Counted from the first letter of the stretch, positions 8,685 through 17,317 are shown. The stretch: 59,994 nucleotides of DNA from an uncultured Clostridium sp. (GCA_948435735.1 CAOJGX010000001.1:1-59994), one strand, 5' to 3'. A program made the numbers and translations. Notes: generated by a model from the letters alone, not told the origin.

Positions 8685-9437
8685 TTATAATTCTAAGATC
8701 ATATCATCTTCTGCCGAAATTACTTCTATGCCATACTTTTTGCTTAACTTCTCAGCAAGCATAATCGGATTACTATTTAATATATTACAATTAAAATGTG
8801 TTAAAATCACTTTTTTCGGTTCTATTGCTTTTATAAACTCTTCTGTTGCTGGTATATCAAGATGTTTTGGTTTTTGCTTATCTTGTATGTAATAGGGTAC
8901 ATTCATAATTAAAATTTCACAACCTTTATAGCTATCTAAAAGTTCTAGAAAATAGGCCGTATCCGTCACTAAACCTATCGTATGATATTTTGTTTTTATT
9001 TTAAATCCATAATTTTCTACACTGTGTTTATGTTCAATTGATGAAATAATTTCTACATTTTTTATCTGATAACTTGAATTTGCTTTTGTTATTTCTAAAT
9101 TCTCTGGAAAGTCCATTACATACGGGTATAATACTTTTTGTTCAATGGCTTGATTGGGTACAAGCAAAGTTCCATGTTTACATTCTCCTCCATCTGTCAT
9201 AAGTTCCACAAATATATTTAAATCATTCAAGTGATCTATATGAATATGCGATAAAATAATTCCGTCAAGTTTATTTTCATAAGTATGTAAATATTTATAA
9301 AATGTATTGATACCAGGATCGATTATTATGTTTGTATCATCCACACAAAAGTACAAACCACCTGCTGAACGTATTTTCTTAAAGAATATATCTTTGTTGC
9401 CTGTTGTTCCAAAAAAGTGAATAAAGTCTTTTCCCAT
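8685..9437 (-). CDS. MBL-fold metallo-hydrolase
   Basis: 250 aa. HxHxDH motif SHIHIDHLND. Confidence 0.8.
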   Translation of the reverse strand: MGKDFIHFFGTTGNKDIFFKKIRSAGGLYFCVDDTNIIIDPGINTFYKYLHTYENKLDGIILSHIHIDHLNDLNIFVELMTDGGECKHGTLLVPNQAIEQKVLYPYVMDFPENLEITKANSSYQIKNVEIISSIEHKHSVENYGFKIKTKYHTIGLVTDTAYFLELLDSYKGCEILIMNVPYYIQDKQKPKHLDIPATEEFIKAIEPKKVILTHFNCNILNSNPIMLAEKLSKKYGIEVISAEDDMILEL

Positions 9438-9453
9438 AAAAATCTCCTTTTTT

Positions 9454-9480
9454 GAACTATTAAGGATTCCTTAATAGTTC
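9454..9480. repeat. 27-bp perfect palindrome, copy 4 (gaactattaaggattccttaatagttc)
   Basis: Identical to copy 2. Lies 16 nt upstream of the MBL hydrolase ATG. Confidence 0.9.
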
Positions 9481-9516
9481 AATTTTCCCTTATTTATAAG
9501 CATTCTACAATATGTA

Positions 9517-9981
9517 CTACTCCACAAAAGACGTTACATGATATGACTTGAATCCTGCCTCTTCTGTTTGTCTAATCGTGGCATGTTTGTCATCAATAAA
9601 AACAATATCTTCCTTTGAAATATTTAACTTTTTAGCATATTGTTCTAAGGCAATTAGTTTCAAAGAAGAATCTGCTACAAAAATAATATTTTCTTTCTTG
9701 ATAGAAGGATAATATTTTGCAAACCATTCGTACTTTTCATCAATTTCATGGTTTGTTGTGATAACTCCTAACACAAAAATTTTGTTAGCATCTAACTTTT
9801 CGATTAAATGAACCATGGTTTTTAATGGGCGATTATTAACAAATACATTTCCAAAAAATAACTCTTCCCAAGTTTGTCCACCCCAGTCATTTGCACCACT
9901 CACATGATCATTATAACGATATTCTGCCAAGGTTCCATCTACATCAAAAAATACATATTTATCTTTTAATTTTTCCAACAT
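9517..9981 (-). CDS. HAD-superfamily hydrolase (nucleotidase-like)
   Basis: 154 aa. Motif I FFDVDGTLA and a late IDD motif. Confidence 0.6.
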   Translation of the reverse strand: MLEKLKDKYVFFDVDGTLAEYRYNDHVSGANDWGGQTWEELFFGNVFVNNRPLKTMVHLIEKLDANKIFVLGVITTNHEIDEKYEWFAKYYPSIKKENIIFVADSSLKLIALEQYAKKLNISKEDIVFIDDKHATIRQTEEAGFKSYHVTSFVE

Positions 9982-9982
9982 C

Positions 9983-10777
9983 TTACTTTTCCTCCAATAC
10001 TTTTTCTAACACTTTCGCAACGCCATCCTCTTCATTTGAAGTCGTGACAAAATCTGCAATTTGCTTTACCTCTTTGGTGGCATTTCCCATTGCTACACCA
10101 AATCCTGCCATTTTTATCATAGAAATATCATTGATTTTATCCCCAATTGCAACAGTTTGGCTTAAATCAATTCCTAGAAACTTACATAAACCCGCCATCG
10201 CATTTCCTTTTGAAATACCAGTATTGGTAATATGGATAGCCTGCATCACTTTGCCATTTACTTCCCAAATAAATTGATTAATCACCTCAAAAATTGTATT
10301 TTCCTTGATATATTTTTTAAGATTTTCTATTTTTTCTAAACTCTCATTACACACAGCAATTTGAATTACCTTATTATTTTTCAAAAAATCATCTATGTTT
10401 TCTGTCAACTCAATTTCATAACTTTCCAAATATGCTGGTTTATTGACAGCTCTTGCTAAACCAAAATCCAATTTTATGACCATATCTTCTTTTTGTGCCA
10501 TTTCATATAATTTCTTACAACTCTTAGGCTCCATCGCAGATTGATACAAAGTTTCTTTTTTCTCAGTATCATAAATATCAGCACCATTACAATTAACCAT
10601 ATATCTACTTGAAAATTCCTGAAATTTTATCGCAGACATTCGTGATCTACCAGAAATGAGCAAAACATGAATTCCTTTTTTTTGGGCACGTTCAATCGCA
10701 TTTGCTGTTGCTTGCGTAACTTCTCCATTGCCATCTAGCAAGGTTTTATCAATATCAATAAATACTGCTTTATACAT
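9983..10777 (-). CDS. Cof-type HAD-IIB sugar phosphatase
   Basis: 264 aa. VFIDIDKTLL, ISGRS and AIGDKINDISM motifs. Confidence 0.85.
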   Translation of the reverse strand: MYKAVFIDIDKTLLDGNGEVTQATANAIERAQKKGIHVLLISGRSRMSAIKFQEFSSRYMVNCNGADIYDTEKKETLYQSAMEPKSCKKLYEMAQKEDMVIKLDFGLARAVNKPAYLESYEIELTENIDDFLKNNKVIQIAVCNESLEKIENLKKYIKENTIFEVINQFIWEVNGKVMQAIHITNTGISKGNAMAGLCKFLGIDLSQTVAIGDKINDISMIKMAGFGVAMGNATKEVKQIADFVTTSNEEDGVAKVLEKVLEEK

Positions 10778-11945
10778 TTAGGCTCAAAATCTCCTCCGCC
10801 AATTCTTCCAACTTAATTCGTGATTCCTCATTTAAACGTGAACGAATCGTAACTTGCGTATCGCAAATCGTCATATTCTTCATTGTTTCAACAATGTCTC
10901 TCATACATTTTCCCGCCGTTGGTGCCCAGGTCCCATTCTCAATGATGGCAATTTTGCGATTTTGATAGTTTTTGCCTGACAAGTGATGCAAAAATTGCTC
11001 CATTGGTGGAAACACACCGAAATTATAACTAGAAGCTGCTAAAACCATTTTGTCATAACGAAACGCATCTTCAATTGCCTCTGCCATATCATCTCGTGCT
11101 AAGTCTGTTAAAACAACTTTTTTCGCACCTTTTGCTTCTAACATTTTAGCAAGTTCTCTTGCTGCATCTGCCGTATTTCCATGAATCGAAGCATACGCTA
11201 TCAGTACGCCATCATCTTCTGGCTGATAACTGCTCCAAATATCGTATTTTTTTATATAATGTTCCAAATTTTGTTTCAAAATCGGCCCATGCAGCGGACA
11301 AATCATATTTACTTCTAAACCTGCTAATTTTTTTAGCAAAGCTTGTACTTGCAAACCATATTTTCCAACAATGTTGAAATAATATCTTCTTGCCTCGCAG
11401 GCCCAAGGTTCTTCGGTATCTAAGGCTCCAAATTTTCCAAATGCATCTGCTGAAAATAAAATTTTCTCTGTCTTTTCATAGGTTACCATAACTTCTGGCC
11501 AATGTACCATTGGTGCCATGAAAAATTGTAACGTGTGTGTGCCAAGATTTAGTTCATCCCCTTCTTTTACTACTATTTTTCTTGTTTGTAAGTCTGGTAT
11601 GTCAAAAAATTGAGGCAAAAAGGCAAATGTTTTTTCATTTCCAATTAGTTTCATGGCTGGATATTTTTTGGCTAACAGTTCAATATTGTAAGCATGGTCT
11701 GGCTCCAAATGGGAAATGACTAAATAATCTGGTTTTTCGCTTGTTAAAGCTTTTTCTAGATTGGCAAGCCATTCGTCTGTTTTGCGTTTGTCGATGGTAT
11801 CCATAATAACATTTTTTTCATCTTTTATGAGATAGGAATTATAGGAAATTCCATTTGGTACTATGTATTGGCTTTCAAATAAATCAATGGTTTTATCGTC
11901 TGCTCCAATGTAGGTAATATCTTGTGAAATGATTGTGTCTTTCAT
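10770..11945 (-). CDS. flavodiiron protein (FprA-type, MBL-like plus flavodoxin domains)
   Basis: 391 aa. ISHLEPDHA di-iron motif. C-terminal flavodoxin-like LIAYASIHGNTA. Confidence 0.85.
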   Translation of the reverse strand: MKDTIISQDITYIGADDKTIDLFESQYIVPNGISYNSYLIKDEKNVIMDTIDKRKTDEWLANLEKALTSEKPDYLVISHLEPDHAYNIELLAKKYPAMKLIGNEKTFAFLPQFFDIPDLQTRKIVVKEGDELNLGTHTLQFFMAPMVHWPEVMVTYEKTEKILFSADAFGKFGALDTEEPWACEARRYYFNIVGKYGLQVQALLKKLAGLEVNMICPLHGPILKQNLEHYIKKYDIWSSYQPEDDGVLIAYASIHGNTADAARELAKMLEAKGAKKVVLTDLARDDMAEAIEDAFRYDKMVLAASSYNFGVFPPMEQFLHHLSGKNYQNRKIAIIENGTWAPTAGKCMRDIVETMKNMTICDTQVTIRSRLNEESRIKLEELAEEILSLNV

Positions 11946-11988
11946 ATTTGGGTTCCTTTCTTTACATTATTATAAATAGGATAAAGGA

Positions 11989-12012
11989 GTCGATGTGGGC
12001 ATCGACCCCTAC
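11989..12012 (-). repeat. GC-rich intercistronic hairpin repeat, copy B
   Basis: Minus strand gtaggggtcgatgcccacatcgac. The stem GTCGATG/CATCGAC sits between the rubredoxin stop and the flavodiiron SD. Confidence 0.7.
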
Positions 12013-12017
12013 GGTGG

Positions 12018-12155
12018 TTATTCTTCTACTTTTTCAAACATGTCTTTGCCAACACCACATAATGGGCATGTCCAATCATCTGGTAAATCTTCAAATTTTA
12101 CACCTTCGCTTTCTTCATCATAAATATAACCACAAATGGTACATTTGTATTTCAT
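12018..12155 (-). CDS. rubredoxin
   Basis: Not in the ORF track (45 aa). Own translation [45 protein letters not shown] has two CxxCG knuckles. SD aaaggagg. Confidence 0.9.
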   Translation of the reverse strand: MKYKCTICGYIYDEESEGVKFEDLPDDWTCPLCGVGKDMFEKVEE

Positions 12156-12191
12156 TGTTTTTCCTCCTTTAATTTTTTAATATATTTTATA

Positions 12192-12227
12192 ATACTAACA
12201 AAATATTTTCAAGTATTTTGTTAGTAT
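12192..12227. promoter_or_regulatory. 14-bp perfect inverted repeat overlapping the putative rubredoxin promoter (candidate operator)
   Basis: atactaacaaaata-ttttcaag-tattttgttagtat. On the minus strand the loop carries TTGAAA and, 17 nt later, TAAAAT, about 35 nt before the rubredoxin SD. Confidence 0.45.
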
Positions 12228-12256
12228 TCATTAAGAAATCTAACAAAATTTTGCTA

Positions 12257-12871
12257 CTAACTTATTTTCTCAAATTCTTCTTTTGTTAATCCTGTTATTT
12301 CTAGGATACTATCTATATCCATTCCTTTTTCTTTCATCTTTTTTGCAATTTTTATTTGTTCTTCTCTTTTTCCTTCTTTCCTACCTTCTTCCTGCCCCTC
12401 TTTTTTTCCTATTTCCCTGCCTTCTTTTCTTCCTTCAGCCAATCCATTCTCTTTCCAATATCTTTGGGCACTTATTTCATCTTTTTCCCATCTTTCTTTT
12501 AATTGAGCAATTCTTCTTAATTTTTTATCTTCACTAATCTCTTCTAGCTTCCACAAGGCGTCAGCTATGTCTTGGTTCTTTTTCTTCATTTCCAATACCC
12601 CCTTATTATTTGGATTGTCCAAAAAGGCTAACCATTGTAATAACTTATCATTTTCATCTTTATTTTCCTTTTTTCTCGCTTTTGGTAGACTTATTATATG
12701 AATTTCTAAATCTTCTGTCAATAGTTTTTCAAAATATTCTTCTTCCCTAATTTGCCATTTTGTATGGACTTTTTCAAGATCTTTGATAAAGTCTAATTCA
12801 TAATCTTTTCCTATTTTTAATTGCATACTATACATCATTCTTTGGTTTGAGTAGTTCCATCTTCTTTGCAT
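12257..12871 (-). pseudogene. Rpn-family recombination-promoting nuclease / putative transposase, 5'-truncated remnant
   Basis: 204 aa, matching only the C-terminal two thirds of the family (LEIHIISLPK..., KEGR/KEG repeats, IAKKMKEKGMDIDSILEITGLTKEEFEKI). The PD-(D/E)xK N-terminal part is missing. Confidence 0.6.
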
Positions 12872-12984
12872 CTCTCCTTTTTTATTTTTTCCTATTTACT
12901 GAAAATTATTGGCTGAATTGCCTTGAAATAATTTATTTAAGATAAATTATTTATATCATGTTTCGTTACAACTGTCAATATTTT

Positions 12985-13028
12985 TGATAAAAAAATATTG
13001 CTATTTTCAAATTCGATAGCAATATTTT
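12985..13028 (-). terminator. rho-independent terminator after the VanZ-like gene
   Basis: Minus strand aaaatattgctat-cgaatttgaaa-atagcaatatttt followed by a T-run. Confidence 0.6.
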
Positions 13029-13034
13029 CAAAAA

Positions 13035-13532
13035 TTAATTCATTATAATTAATAGCAATAACAATAAGAATATAAAAATGCTCCCCAGAAACCCTAAAAT
13101 ATTCAACACTCGATTGGTCTTTGTTTTTAGTATTTTATTCAAGATTTCATAAATTCCCAGACCTAATATTCCACCTAATGTATTCGTTATTAAGTCTGTA
13201 ATGTCAGTGGCACCAATTGCAAAAATATATTGGAGCATTTCAAAGATTAAACTAAGCCCTGCGATTAATCCAACTTTTTTATGCCATTTCCATTCTTTTT
13301 TCAACATATTAACATACAAACCTAACGGAATAAATACAATCACATTTCCCATGATTTCATCAAAATCAATCTTTCCATTGACAATAACGGATTCACCAAA
13401 TGGCATCAAATTAATATTTCTAATCCCCTGCAATTCTTTGACTGAAAACTGCATTTTAAACACAATTATCCAAGTTAATATTATGCCATAAAAAATCGCT
13501 AATCCGATTGTTATTTTACGGTCTCTTTCCAT
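13035..13532 (-). CDS. VanZ-like family membrane protein
   Basis: 165 aa, 4-5 TM segments. NLMPF, GNVIVFIPLG and TDITDLITNTLGG are typical of VanZ. Confidence 0.75.
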   Translation of the reverse strand: MERDRKITIGLAIFYGIILTWIIVFKMQFSVKELQGIRNINLMPFGESVIVNGKIDFDEIMGNVIVFIPLGLYVNMLKKEWKWHKKVGLIAGLSLIFEMLQYIFAIGATDITDLITNTLGGILGLGIYEILNKILKTKTNRVLNILGFLGSIFIFLLLLLLIIMN

Positions 13533-13542
13533 CTTTTCCTCC

Positions 13543-14206
13543 TTACTGTTGTGTTATATTTTCCAAAATTCCTTTGGCAATGGCTTTGGCATATTGCTCT
13601 ATATTTTCATCTAATAATTGATTGTCTTTACGATTACTGATAAAACCTAATTCAATCAAACAACTTGGCATTTTGGTATTTTTATTGACAAAATAATCCG
13701 TTCCATTATTTTCACTTGTCCCAACTTTTACCCCACGATTACTTTGTATATTCGTTTTAGCCAGCTGATTTAAAATATCCTTAGCAAGTTTCTCAGAAAC
13801 TTCATCCTTTTCTTGACTAATCCAAACTTCTACGCCATCACCACTTTTGGCACTGTTTCGGTGAATCGAGATAAAGAAATCTGCGTTTCTCCAATTGGCA
13901 ATTTTACATCGTTTTTCTAGGCTTACTGAAATATCCTCATCTCTTGTTAGAATGACTTTGATATGTTGTTTTTCAAGTTCCTTTTTTACTTGTAAAACCA
14001 CGTCTAAATTATCCTCTTTTTCATATCGTTTATTATCGCTTGCTACAGAGCCGTGCGTCTTTTCCGCCGTGCCCTGCATCAAGACAGATGATGATTTTTT
14101 TGTTTTCTCGGTAGATTACTATAGCTGTTATTATCGTAAGGATGATTACCATAAATTTAAGTGGGTGAGCACAATTTCTCGTGCGTGTACGGGTTTTGTT
14201 TTTCAT
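13543..14206 (-). CDS. N-acetylmuramoyl-L-alanine amidase (Amidase_3); frame broken at in-frame CGG 14051-14053 and continues in +1
   Basis: From ATG 14206: MKNKTRTRTRNCAHPLKFMVIILTIITAIVIYRENKKIIICLDAGHGGKDA, then CGG. The +1 frame continues GSVASDNKRYEKEDNLDVVLQ... (ORF 13543..14082) with ISIHRNS and LIELGFISN. Confidence 0.8.
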
Positions 14207-14224
14207 TTTTTGGTTCCTTTGTTT

Positions 14225-16387
14225 TTATTTTTGTGTAATATCAAAGCATAATTCTACTTTGAATAAATCGCCATCTACTTTTAAATTCATCGTACCTTGT
14301 TGAAGTTCGGCTAAACTTTTGGAAATCGAAATTCCTAAACCGCTACCTTCAGTTGTTCTCGATTTATCTCCTCTGACAAAACGCTGTATTAGTTCTTCTT
14401 CTGAGATATTTAATACTTCTTTTGAAATATTTTTGACAATAATTTGCACTTTTTTGTCTTTTTGTAAAATATCCATATAGACTCTTGAATGTTCCATGCT
14501 ATATTTAGCAACATTACTAAATATATTTTCAATGATTCGATACATATAACGGTTATCGGCTTTAATATAAATTTCCTCTTTTGGGAAATTGGAAATAATC
14601 TCTAAGTTTTTTGCTTTAAATTTATCCTCAAATTCGCCGATTGATTGTTTCATTAATTCTGCTATGTTGATATTTTCTAAGTTTAATTTTACGTTTCCAG
14701 ATGACGCTTTAGAAGCTTCTAACAAATCTTCTGTTAATTTTTTCAAACGTTGTGATTTATTTTCTAAAACTTCTATATATTCAGTTGCTTTCTCGTTCTC
14801 AATTTCCTCTTTTTTGAGTAAATCCACATAATTGATAATGGATGTAAGCGGTGTTTTAATATCATGGGAGACATTGGTAATCAGTTCTGTTTTTAGTCTT
14901 TCGCTTTTGATGCCTTCTTGAATGGCATTTTCGAAGCCATTGGAAATATCATTTATATAGGTCACAGTGTCTTGAAATTCGCTTGTAAATTCGGTTGGAT
15001 TTAGTTTTGCTGTATTGTTTCCTTCATACATTTGTTTTAAATGTGCTTCCACTTTTGTAAAATCGTTAATTCTTTGTACAATTTTATAGAAAATATACAC
15101 AGCTAAACAAAGATCTAAAAGTAATCCGAACCATTGAAAAATCCCTAATAACACCATCGCAATAGCAAGATATCCAACTATTACAAGGATTAATTTTTTT
15201 ACAAGGTCAGTCGATTTTGTCAATTCGTACCACAATTCTTTGGTTTTAGAAATCATCTTTTGAACCATTTTCCAAAACCAGCGACAAACTTTATAAATTA
15301 ATGTATTTTTGATTAGGGTTTTGGCTTTAATTCTTTTCGTAGTTGTATCAAAAGCAACTGCACAAATGATATACGTTATGATATACATAGTAATTAACAT
15401 GCTAATAAATAAATCTATGTTTTCTGTAAAAGCAGACACTTCATCTAACAGCCCAAAACAAATGCCTAGCATTCCCATTCCTATTAATAGAATAATTCCA
15501 ACTAACTCAAGTGGAATTTTGTCTAAGTCATTTAAGTCAATTCCTTCTTTGCCTTTTGTGTGCCCAATACTAATGATTAAATATAAGGCAATTATCAATA
15601 ATAAGCTTAAGCCAACTGGTAAAATAACATAAATATTATCGCCAAATTGAGTATAATTCTGTAAGAATTGACGCATCATCAATTCATCCGAATTTTTCTT
15701 GAGTTCTTCTTGGTAAGAACTATAGATTTCAAAATCTTGAATGTTTACCGCAATGTATTGACGTCTTTGGTTTTCTTCAGCCACTGTCTCATACGCATTT
15801 TCTTCGATCTCATTTTCTTCGATTTCTTCTGGCATTAAGATTTTCTGGTCTGTATCTTCTAGAGCTTCTGTTTCTGTGATGGTGTAATAGTTACTTTCAA
15901 AATAATCAAAATATTTAATTGCTTTGTTGGCTATCACGTCTGAATCAGCTTCTATCGTTCCAGCTAAGATATTGGCTTTTTTTGAGTTTTCCGTTTGGGC
16001 AATAAAGTTTTTGATTTTTTCTATCGTATTCGTCTCAGAGGTTAGCTCAACATTGGTGATGGCTTTATCTTTATATTGAATTAAAACATAGCAGGTTTCA
16101 ATTTCTGTATAATTGTTTTCACGAATATCGTCTATGTATGAGATTTGGGTTTCACCGTCATAGCAAATCGGATAGTCTTCATTTCTGTAAATTAAACGGT
16201 TTGCAAAGACAGATAGATTATTCATATAGCGGGAAACAAATCGGTCGGTTGAGAAATAGTCTTTTTCATTGGTATAAATGCTTTCGTAATTTTGTACGTA
16301 ATTGGATAAAAGTGATATCAGCATGATTGCTATTATGATTGGAATGCATAAGTAGCTGATTATTTTTAGAATTTTGCTTTCTTTCAT
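14225..16387 (-). CDS. sensor histidine kinase (large extracytoplasmic domain, HisKA plus HATPase_c)
   Basis: ORF 14225..16582, with start moved to MKESKILK (16387), which has SD aggagg. H-box SHDIKTPLTSI. G-box GSGLGISI. Confidence 0.9.
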   Translation of the reverse strand: MKESKILKIISYLCIPIIIAIMLISLLSNYVQNYESIYTNEKDYFSTDRFVSRYMNNLSVFANRLIYRNEDYPICYDGETQISYIDDIRENNYTEIETCYVLIQYKDKAITNVELTSETNTIEKIKNFIAQTENSKKANILAGTIEADSDVIANKAIKYFDYFESNYYTITETEALEDTDQKILMPEEIEENEIEENAYETVAEENQRRQYIAVNIQDFEIYSSYQEELKKNSDELMMRQFLQNYTQFGDNIYVILPVGLSLLLIIALYLIISIGHTKGKEGIDLNDLDKIPLELVGIILLIGMGMLGICFGLLDEVSAFTENIDLFISMLITMYIITYIICAVAFDTTTKRIKAKTLIKNTLIYKVCRWFWKMVQKMISKTKELWYELTKSTDLVKKLILVIVGYLAIAMVLLGIFQWFGLLLDLCLAVYIFYKIVQRINDFTKVEAHLKQMYEGNNTAKLNPTEFTSEFQDTVTYINDISNGFENAIQEGIKSERLKTELITNVSHDIKTPLTSIINYVDLLKKEEIENEKATEYIEVLENKSQRLKKLTEDLLEASKASSGNVKLNLENINIAELMKQSIGEFEDKFKAKNLEIISNFPKEEIYIKADNRYMYRIIENIFSNVAKYSMEHSRVYMDILQKDKKVQIIVKNISKEVLNISEEELIQRFVRGDKSRTTEGSGLGISISKSLAELQQGTMNLKVDGDLFKVELCFDITQK

Positions 16388-16408
16388 GGTGGTTCCTCCT
16401 TTTTTATT

Positions 16409-16434
16409 GGGGTCAATGTGGGCATCGACCTGTA
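16409..16434 (-). repeat. GC-rich intercistronic hairpin repeat, copy C
   Basis: Minus strand tacaggtcgatgcccacattgacccc, between the response-regulator stop and the kinase SD. Confidence 0.65.
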
Positions 16435-16440
16435 TGATAA

Positions 16441-17136
16441 TTATATTTTTTCGATTTTGTACCCGATTCCCCAGATTACTTTGAGATATTTTGGGTCTTT
16501 GGGGTTGATTTCGATTTTTTCGCGAATGTGTCTGATATGTACTGCAATGATGTTTTCTGCACCATAAGCTTCTTCTTCCCAAACATTTTTGTAAATTTGT
16601 TCGATGGAATAAACTCGCCCTTTGTTTTGGATAAGAAATTTTAGAATGTTGTATTCGGTTGGTGTGAGTTTTATCTCTTGTTCATCTAGTGTGACTTTTT
16701 TTAAGGTGTCGTCTATCATTAAGCCACCTGTTTGGTAACAATTTTCGTTTTCTTCTTGGTTCATCATGCCAAGTTTGGTGTATCTTCGAATGGAAGAGTT
16801 GACACGTGCAATTAGTTCTAAAGGATTAAATGGTTTTGTGACATAATCGTCTGCGCCTAAGTTTAGACCACTGATTTTGTCTTCATCTTCTGATTTAGCG
16901 GATAACATGATGACTGGAATGGCTTGGGCTTCCCTAATTTTTTTTAAGGCTTGCATACCATCCATGTTTGGCATCATGATGTCTAATATAATTAAATGTA
17001 TGGTATTTTGCCTTAAGATTTCCAAACCTTGTTTTCCGTCATACGCTTTAAAAACATGGTAACCTTCTTGCTCTAAATAAATTTCAATTGCTCCTGCAAT
17101 TTCCTTGTCATCATCACAAACTAAAATATTGTACAT
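16441..17136 (-). CDS. OmpR-family response regulator
   Basis: 231 aa. Receiver DD..D (ILVCDDD, LIILDIMMP). Winged-helix C-terminus IWGIGYKI. Confidence 0.95.
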   Translation of the reverse strand: MYNILVCDDDKEIAGAIEIYLEQEGYHVFKAYDGKQGLEILRQNTIHLIILDIMMPNMDGMQALKKIREAQAIPVIMLSAKSEDEDKISGLNLGADDYVTKPFNPLELIARVNSSIRRYTKLGMMNQEENENCYQTGGLMIDDTLKKVTLDEQEIKLTPTEYNILKFLIQNKGRVYSIEQIYKNVWEEEAYGAENIIAVHIRHIREKIEINPKDPKYLKVIWGIGYKIEKI

Positions 17137-17188
17137 TTTCTTTTCCTTTCTTAATGAGCGATAACTTATTTTTATTATAGCATAAAAT

Positions 17189-17230
17189 TTATTAAGAAAA
17201 AATAGAGAAATTATTAAGATTTTATTAAGA
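17189..17230. promoter_or_regulatory. three direct TTATTAAGA repeats upstream of the two-component operon
   Basis: Copies at 17189, 17211 and 17222 (spacing 22 and 11 bp), 53-94 nt upstream of the regulator ATG. Confidence 0.4.
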
Positions 17231-17250
17231 GAAGCTTCTATTTTGGGGAC

Positions 17251-17317
17251 GGGGACACTCTTAAAAAGTTATTTTCTCTCTTTTTCTTCATTTTTCTAAA
17301 TAATTAAGAGTGTCCCC
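17251..17317. repeat. 14-bp perfect inverted repeat (ggggacactcttaa / ttaagagtgtcccc) with 39-nt spacer
   Basis: Arms at 17251-17264 and 17304-17317, in a divergent intergenic region. Confidence 0.8.

Noticed and set aside
6601-9480. Integron gene cassettes with attC sites
   Set aside because: The repeats are short perfect 27-bp palindromes, without the R''-L''/L'-R' imperfect architecture or the GTTRRRY core. No intI integrase is in the window. I kept the weaker 'cassette-like' description only.
16388-16582. N-terminal 65-aa extension of the histidine kinase ORF overlapping the response regulator
   Set aside because: The extension overlaps the regulator's 3' end and the GC-rich hairpin. 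A strong SD (aggagg) precedes the internal MKESKIL start at 16387, which is immediately followed by a TM helix.
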